From assembly GCA_039798785.1 (NCBI GenBank), contig JBDKFG010000072.1, positions 1 to 25,887 on the forward strand: a stretch of DNA of 25,887 nt. The letters run 5' to 3'. The stretch comes from Verrucomicrobiota bacterium (GTDB lineage: Bacteria > Verrucomicrobiota > Lentisphaeria > Lentisphaerales > Lentisphaeraceae). The notes under the pieces were generated by a model, which ran no database searches, was not told the origin of the DNA, and saw only the letters and a list, made by a program, of their open reading frames with translations. Shown one piece after another: positions 17,001-23,000 of this stretch. Every line of letters begins with the position of its first letter. The first letter of the stretch is position 1. Made by a program: the position numbers and the translations under genes.

Positions 17001-20000
17001 CGACCTACGACACCAGTCTCAGCGTCACTTCGGCGATCAGTACCGTCTCAGTCGTCAATAACGCCGGCCTTCTCGCTTGGTGGAAGATGGATGAGGGTGC
17101 TGGAAGCAGCGTATTCGACTCCTCCGGACGTGGCAATCACGCCAACATGGCAACGGCTAGCTGGAATGGATCAGGCAAAGTGGCCTCGGCCCTGACCTTC
17201 AACGGCACTAGCGACTACCTCAGCGTGCCGGAGACGGATTTGGCTCCGCTCTCCGACAAGGTGACCATATCCTTCTGGGCCTACGGAGGCAGCACCCTTC
17301 CCGTCAATACCAGCGTACTGGAGGCCAAAGACCTCGCCGGGAACCGCGTCTTCAATATTCATCTTCCCAGTTCTAACGGCACGATTTATTGGGACGCCGG
17401 CAACTCAGGGACTTCATCCTACGATCGCATCAGCAAGGCGGGCAATGCCGCGGATTTCAAGGGCCGCTGGACTCATTGGGCCTTCGTCAAGGATGCCGCA
17501 GCCGGCACCATGTCGATCTACATGGACGGAGCTCTTTGGTCGAGCGGCACCGCGAAAACCAAAACCCTGAGTCCGATCACTTCCTTGAGGATCGGTTCGT
17601 TGGTCAATAACAGCTACTTCTACGATGGATCTCTTGATGATCTGCGGATCTACGCCCGAGCTCTGACTGGCACCGAGATCGCCGATATTCGCAACCTTGC
17701 CGACCCGGTGGTCGCCAACCTTGCCGCTTCTGCTCAGGCCGCTGGTGGGGAGACAGGAAGCTTCATCGTCAGCGCCCAGCTCAACCACGCCGCCGCCTCC
17801 ACCGTCACCATACCCCTCACTTTCTCAGGCAGCGCCGTCAAGGACAGCGACTACACCTCAAGCGCCCCCAGCATCAGCATCCCCGCCGGATCCCTCAGCG
17901 GCTCGGTCACCCTCACCGTCACAAACGACATCGCCAACGAGCCCGAAGAAACCGCAATCGTCACTCTCGGAACTCCCACCGGCGCCAGCCTCGGCAATAT
18001 CAAGTCGCACACTCTCACCATCCCCGCCAATGACATCCCCGCCCTGAGCTTCTCAGTCGCTTCGCAAAGCGTCGTCGAAGGCGGGGCCAAGACCGTCACC
18101 CTCAACCTCTCCAACGCCTCGTATAAAGCCATCACCGTGCCGCTCTGGACCGGCGGCAGCGCCTCCCTGGGCTCGGATTTCACCCTCTCCACCAACAGCT
18201 TCCTCATTCCCGCCGGCCAGACCTCCCTCAGCTTCACTGTCAACGCCAGCTCCGATGCGCTGGTCGAAGGCGGCGAAAGCCTAGTTCTCAATTTCCTCAC
18301 CAGCGCCGATTATACCGCCGGAGCCACCCCGAGCCAGACCCTCACCATCTCCGATGCCGTCCCCCTCGTCACCATCAGCCGCAGCGCCGCCACCCTCGCC
18401 GAGGCGGCCGGCACCTCCACCCTCACCGCCACGCTCAACACCCCCTCCACCTCGGCAGTCACCGTCAACCTCGCCTACTCCGGCATCGCCATCAAGGGCA
18501 CTGATTACGCCGCAGCCACATCGATCACCATTCCCGCCGGCTCGCTCAGCGCCAGCACCACCGTCACCGCCACCCAGGACGCCCTCGATGAATCCGACGA
18601 GACCATCGTCGCGGATATCAGCTCGGTCACCAATGCCGCCGAATCCGGCGTCCAGCAGGTGGCGATGAGCATCACCGACGACGACGCCACGCCCACCGTC
18701 GCCCTCAGCAAGAGCGCCGCCTCCATCAGCGAGGCCGCCGCCACCTCCACCCTCTCCGCCACCCTCTCCGCCGTCTCCGGCCAGGCCGTCACCGTCAATC
18801 TCGGCTACTCCGGCACCGCCATCACCGGCACCGACTACACCGCCGCCGCGTCGATCGTCATCCCCGCCGGCTCGCTCAGCGCCAGCACCGTCGTCACCGC
18901 CGTCCAGGACACCCTCTACGAAGGCGCCGAGACCCTTGTCGTCGACGTCTACTCCGTCATCGGCGCCACCGAGAACGGCGTTCAGCAGCAGAGCATCAGC
19001 ATCACCGACGACGATGCCGCGCCCGCCGTCAACTTCAGCGTCGCCAGCCAGCAGGGCAACGAAGGAAGCTCGGTCACCGTCACCGCCACCCTCGCCAATC
19101 CCTCGGCCAACCCGCTCTCCATTCCCTTCGCCTGCAGCGGCACCGCCACCTTCAACCAGGACTACTCCGCCTCGGCCACCAGCTTCTTCTTCCTCCCCGG
19201 CCAGACCAGCGCCTCGATCACCCTCAGCCTCGCCACCGACCTGGTCTACGAAGGCGATGAAACCGCCATCGCCACCCTCCTGGCCGGCAGCGGCTACAGC
19301 CTCGGCGCCACCAAGGTCCACACAGTCACCGTCAAGGACGCCGAGGCCATGCCCTCGGTCACCTTCGAAGCCGCCAGCTCCACTGCCGGCGAGACATCTG
19401 GCCTCGTCAAGGTCAGCGCCCGCCTCAGCGCCCTGTCGACCAAGGACGTCGTCATTCCCCTGACATGGAACGGCACCGCCACCGAGGGTCTCGACTACGA
19501 AATCCTCTCCTCGTCGATCACCATCCCCGCCGGTCAATATACTGGAACCGTCTCGGTTCTCCTTCTTGACGACCTCCTCAACGAAGGCACCGAGACCCTG
19601 GTCCTCACCATGGGCACGCCCACTGGCGCCAGCAAAGGGGCCACCACTGTCCACACCCTCAGCATCACCGAATCCCTGCAGTCGCCGCTCCTCTGGTGGA
19701 AGCTCGATGAGAGCTCCGGCACCAGCGCCGCCGATTCCTCCGGCTCCAATCTCACCGGCACCCTCTCCGGCGGCATCACTCTTGCCCAAAGCGCCGTCAA
19801 CGCCACCGGCTTCAAATTCAACGGCAGCACCGGCACCATCGTCTCGGGAACCCCGGCCAGCCCGATCAGCTCCAACACCATCACCCTCTGCGGCTGGATC
19901 AATCCCGACGCCAGCCTCGCCGCCCCAACCACCCTCAACAAGTGGCTGCCGGTGATCTCAGCCACCACCGCCACCGGCACCGCCTGCATCGAACTCACCG

Positions 20001-23000
20001 CCGCCCGCGAACTGCGCTATGAATGGAACGGGGGTAACTACAATTGGAACCCCGGCCTCGTCGTCCCCGCCGGCCAATGGTCCTTCGTCGCCGTCGTCAT
20101 CTCCCCCGACCGTGCCACCATGTACCTCCACGACGGCAGCAGCCTCAAGACCGCCGTCAACGTCACCTCCCACCCCGTCGCCAATTTCAACGGCGCCTTC
20201 CGCGCCGGCAAATACCCCACCACCAACTACTACTTCCAGGGCTCCCTCGACGACCTCAAGGTCTACTCCCGCGAACTCTCCTTGAACGACATCCAGGGCC
20301 TGGTCGACCTCGGCACCCCGCAGCTTCGCCTCAGCACCCGCACCCTGTCCGTCACCGAGACCGGCAGCGCCACCTTCCAGGTCAAGCTCAGCAAGCAGCC
20401 CGCCGCCAACGTCACCGTCACCACCTCTCGCACTTCCGGCGACACCAACCTCAGCGTCAGCGGCGGCTCCAGCCTCACCTTCACCAGCGCCAACTGGGAC
20501 ACCTACCAGACCGTGACCGTCGCCGCAGCAGCTGATGCCGACCTGCTCGACGGCAGCGCCACCCTGAGCTGCTCCGCCACCGGTTACGCGACACTCAACC
20601 TCACCGCCACCGAATCCGACGTCGGCGTCAATGGCTACCCCGTCGCCAACTTCTCCGCCTCCTCCCAGGCCTCGGCAGGTGAATCGGGCACCATGACCGT
20701 CACCGCCACCCTCAACTCCGCCGCTCCGCGCGACGTCACCGTGCCCTTCACCGTCTCCGGCAGCGCCACCTCGGGCACGGACTACACCCTCACCGCCTCG
20801 CCCATCACCATCCCGGCCGGATCCACCTCCGCCACCACCACCCTCACCGTTACCGCCGACACCGCCAACGAAGGGAACGAGACCGTCATCCTCACCATGG
20901 GCACACCCACCGGCGCCACCAAGGGAGCCACCAGCGTCCACACCGCCACCATCACCGACGACGACGTGCCGCCTACCGTGAACTTCGCCTCCGCCTCGCA
21001 GGCCTCGGTCAACGAATCCGGCACCCTCACCGTCACCGCCCAGCTCTCTGCTCCTTCGGCCCAGGCCATCACCGTGCCCTTCACTCTCTCCGGCAGCGCC
21101 ACCTCGGGCACGGACTACAGCATCACCGCCTCGCCCATCACCATCCCCGCCGGCTCGACCAGCGGCAGCGCCACCATCACCATCACCCAGGATGCCGTCG
21201 TCGAACTCAACGAAAACGTCATCCTCACCATGGGCACACCCGTCAACGCCACCAAGGGCACGACCACCGTCCATACCGCCACTATCACCAACGACGACGG
21301 CATCCCCACCGTCTCCTTCACCGCCGCCTCCCAGGCCTCGGTGGGTGAATCCGGCACCCTGACCGTCACCGCTCAGCTCTCTGCAACTTCTAGCCAGGCC
21401 GTCACCGTGCCCTTCACCGTCTCCGGCACCGCCAGCTCCGGCAGCGACTACAGCATCAGCGCCTCGCCCATCACCATCCCCGCCGGCTCCACCACCGCCA
21501 GCGCCACCATCACGATCAGTGCAGACACTCTCGACGAAGTCAACGAGACTGTCATCCTCACCATGGGTGCCCCTAGTAATGCCACCCCAGGGGCCACCAG
21601 CGTTCACACCGCCACTGTGACGGATGACGATGCCGCGCCCAGCGTCAACTTCAGCGCTGCCAGTCAGGCCTCTGCGGGGGAATCTGGCACCCTCACAGTC
21701 ACCGCCCAGCTCTCCGCCGTCTCCAGCCAGGCAGTCACCGTTCCGTTCACCGTTTCCGGTACCGCCACCTCGGGCGCCGACTACAGCATCAGCGCCTCGC
21801 CGATCACCATCCCTGCCGGATCAACCAGCGCCACCGCTACCATCACCGTCACCTCCGACACCCTCGACGAAGCCAACGAAACCGTCGTCCTCACCATGGG
21901 TGCCCCCGTCAACGCCAGCGCAGGTGTCACCAAGGTTCATACCGCTACCATCACCGATGACGATGCTTCTCCCACCGTCTCCTTCACCGCCGCCACGCAA
22001 AGCTCGGTCGGCGAATCCGGTACCCTGACCGTCACCGCCCAGCTCTCCGCTGCCTCCGGCCAAGCGGTCACCGTGCCCTTCACCGTCTCCGGCACCGCCA
22101 GCTCCGGCAGCGACTACAGCATCAGCGCCTCGCCGATCACCATCCCCGCCGGATCGACCAGCGCCACCGCTGCCATCACCGTCACCTCCGACACCCTCGA
22201 CGAAGCCAACGAGACGGTCGTACTCACCATGGGCACCCTCGTCAACGCCACCGCCGGCGCCACCAGCGTTCACACCGCCACTGTGACGGATGACGATGCC
22301 ACTCCCTCCGTCGCCTTCACCGCAGCCTCGCAAAGCTCGGTCGGCGAATCCGGTACCCTAACCGTCACCGCCCAGCTCTCCGCTGCCTCCGGCCAAGCGG
22401 TCACCGTGCCCTTCACTCTCTCCGGCTCCGCCAGCTCCGGCAGCGACTACAGCATCAGCGCCTCGCCGATCACCATCCCCGCCGGATCGACCAGCGCCAC
22501 CGCGACCATCACCGTCACCGCCGACAGCCTCGACGAAGCCAACGAGACCGTCGTCCTCACCATGGGCTCACCCACCAACGCCACCGCTGGCGCCACCACC
22601 GTCCACACCGCCACCATCACCGATGACGATGCCACTCCCACCGTCGCATTCACCGCCGCCTCGCAAAGCTCGGTCGGCGAATCCGGCACCCTCACCGTCA
22701 CCGCCCAGCTCTCCGCCGCCTCCGGCCAGGCCGTCACCGTCCCCTTCACCGTCTCCGGCACCGCGACCCAGGGCAGCGACTACAGCCTCTCCGCCAGCTC
22801 CATCACCATTCCCGCCGGCACCACCACCGGCAGCGCCACCATCACCGTCACCGCCGACACCTTAGACGAAGTCAACGAGACCGTCATCCTCACCATGGGC
22901 TCACCCACCAACGCCACCGCTGGCGCCACCACCGTCCACACCGCCACCATCACCGACGACGACGCCGCTCCCACCGTCGCCTTCACCGCAGCTTCGCAAA

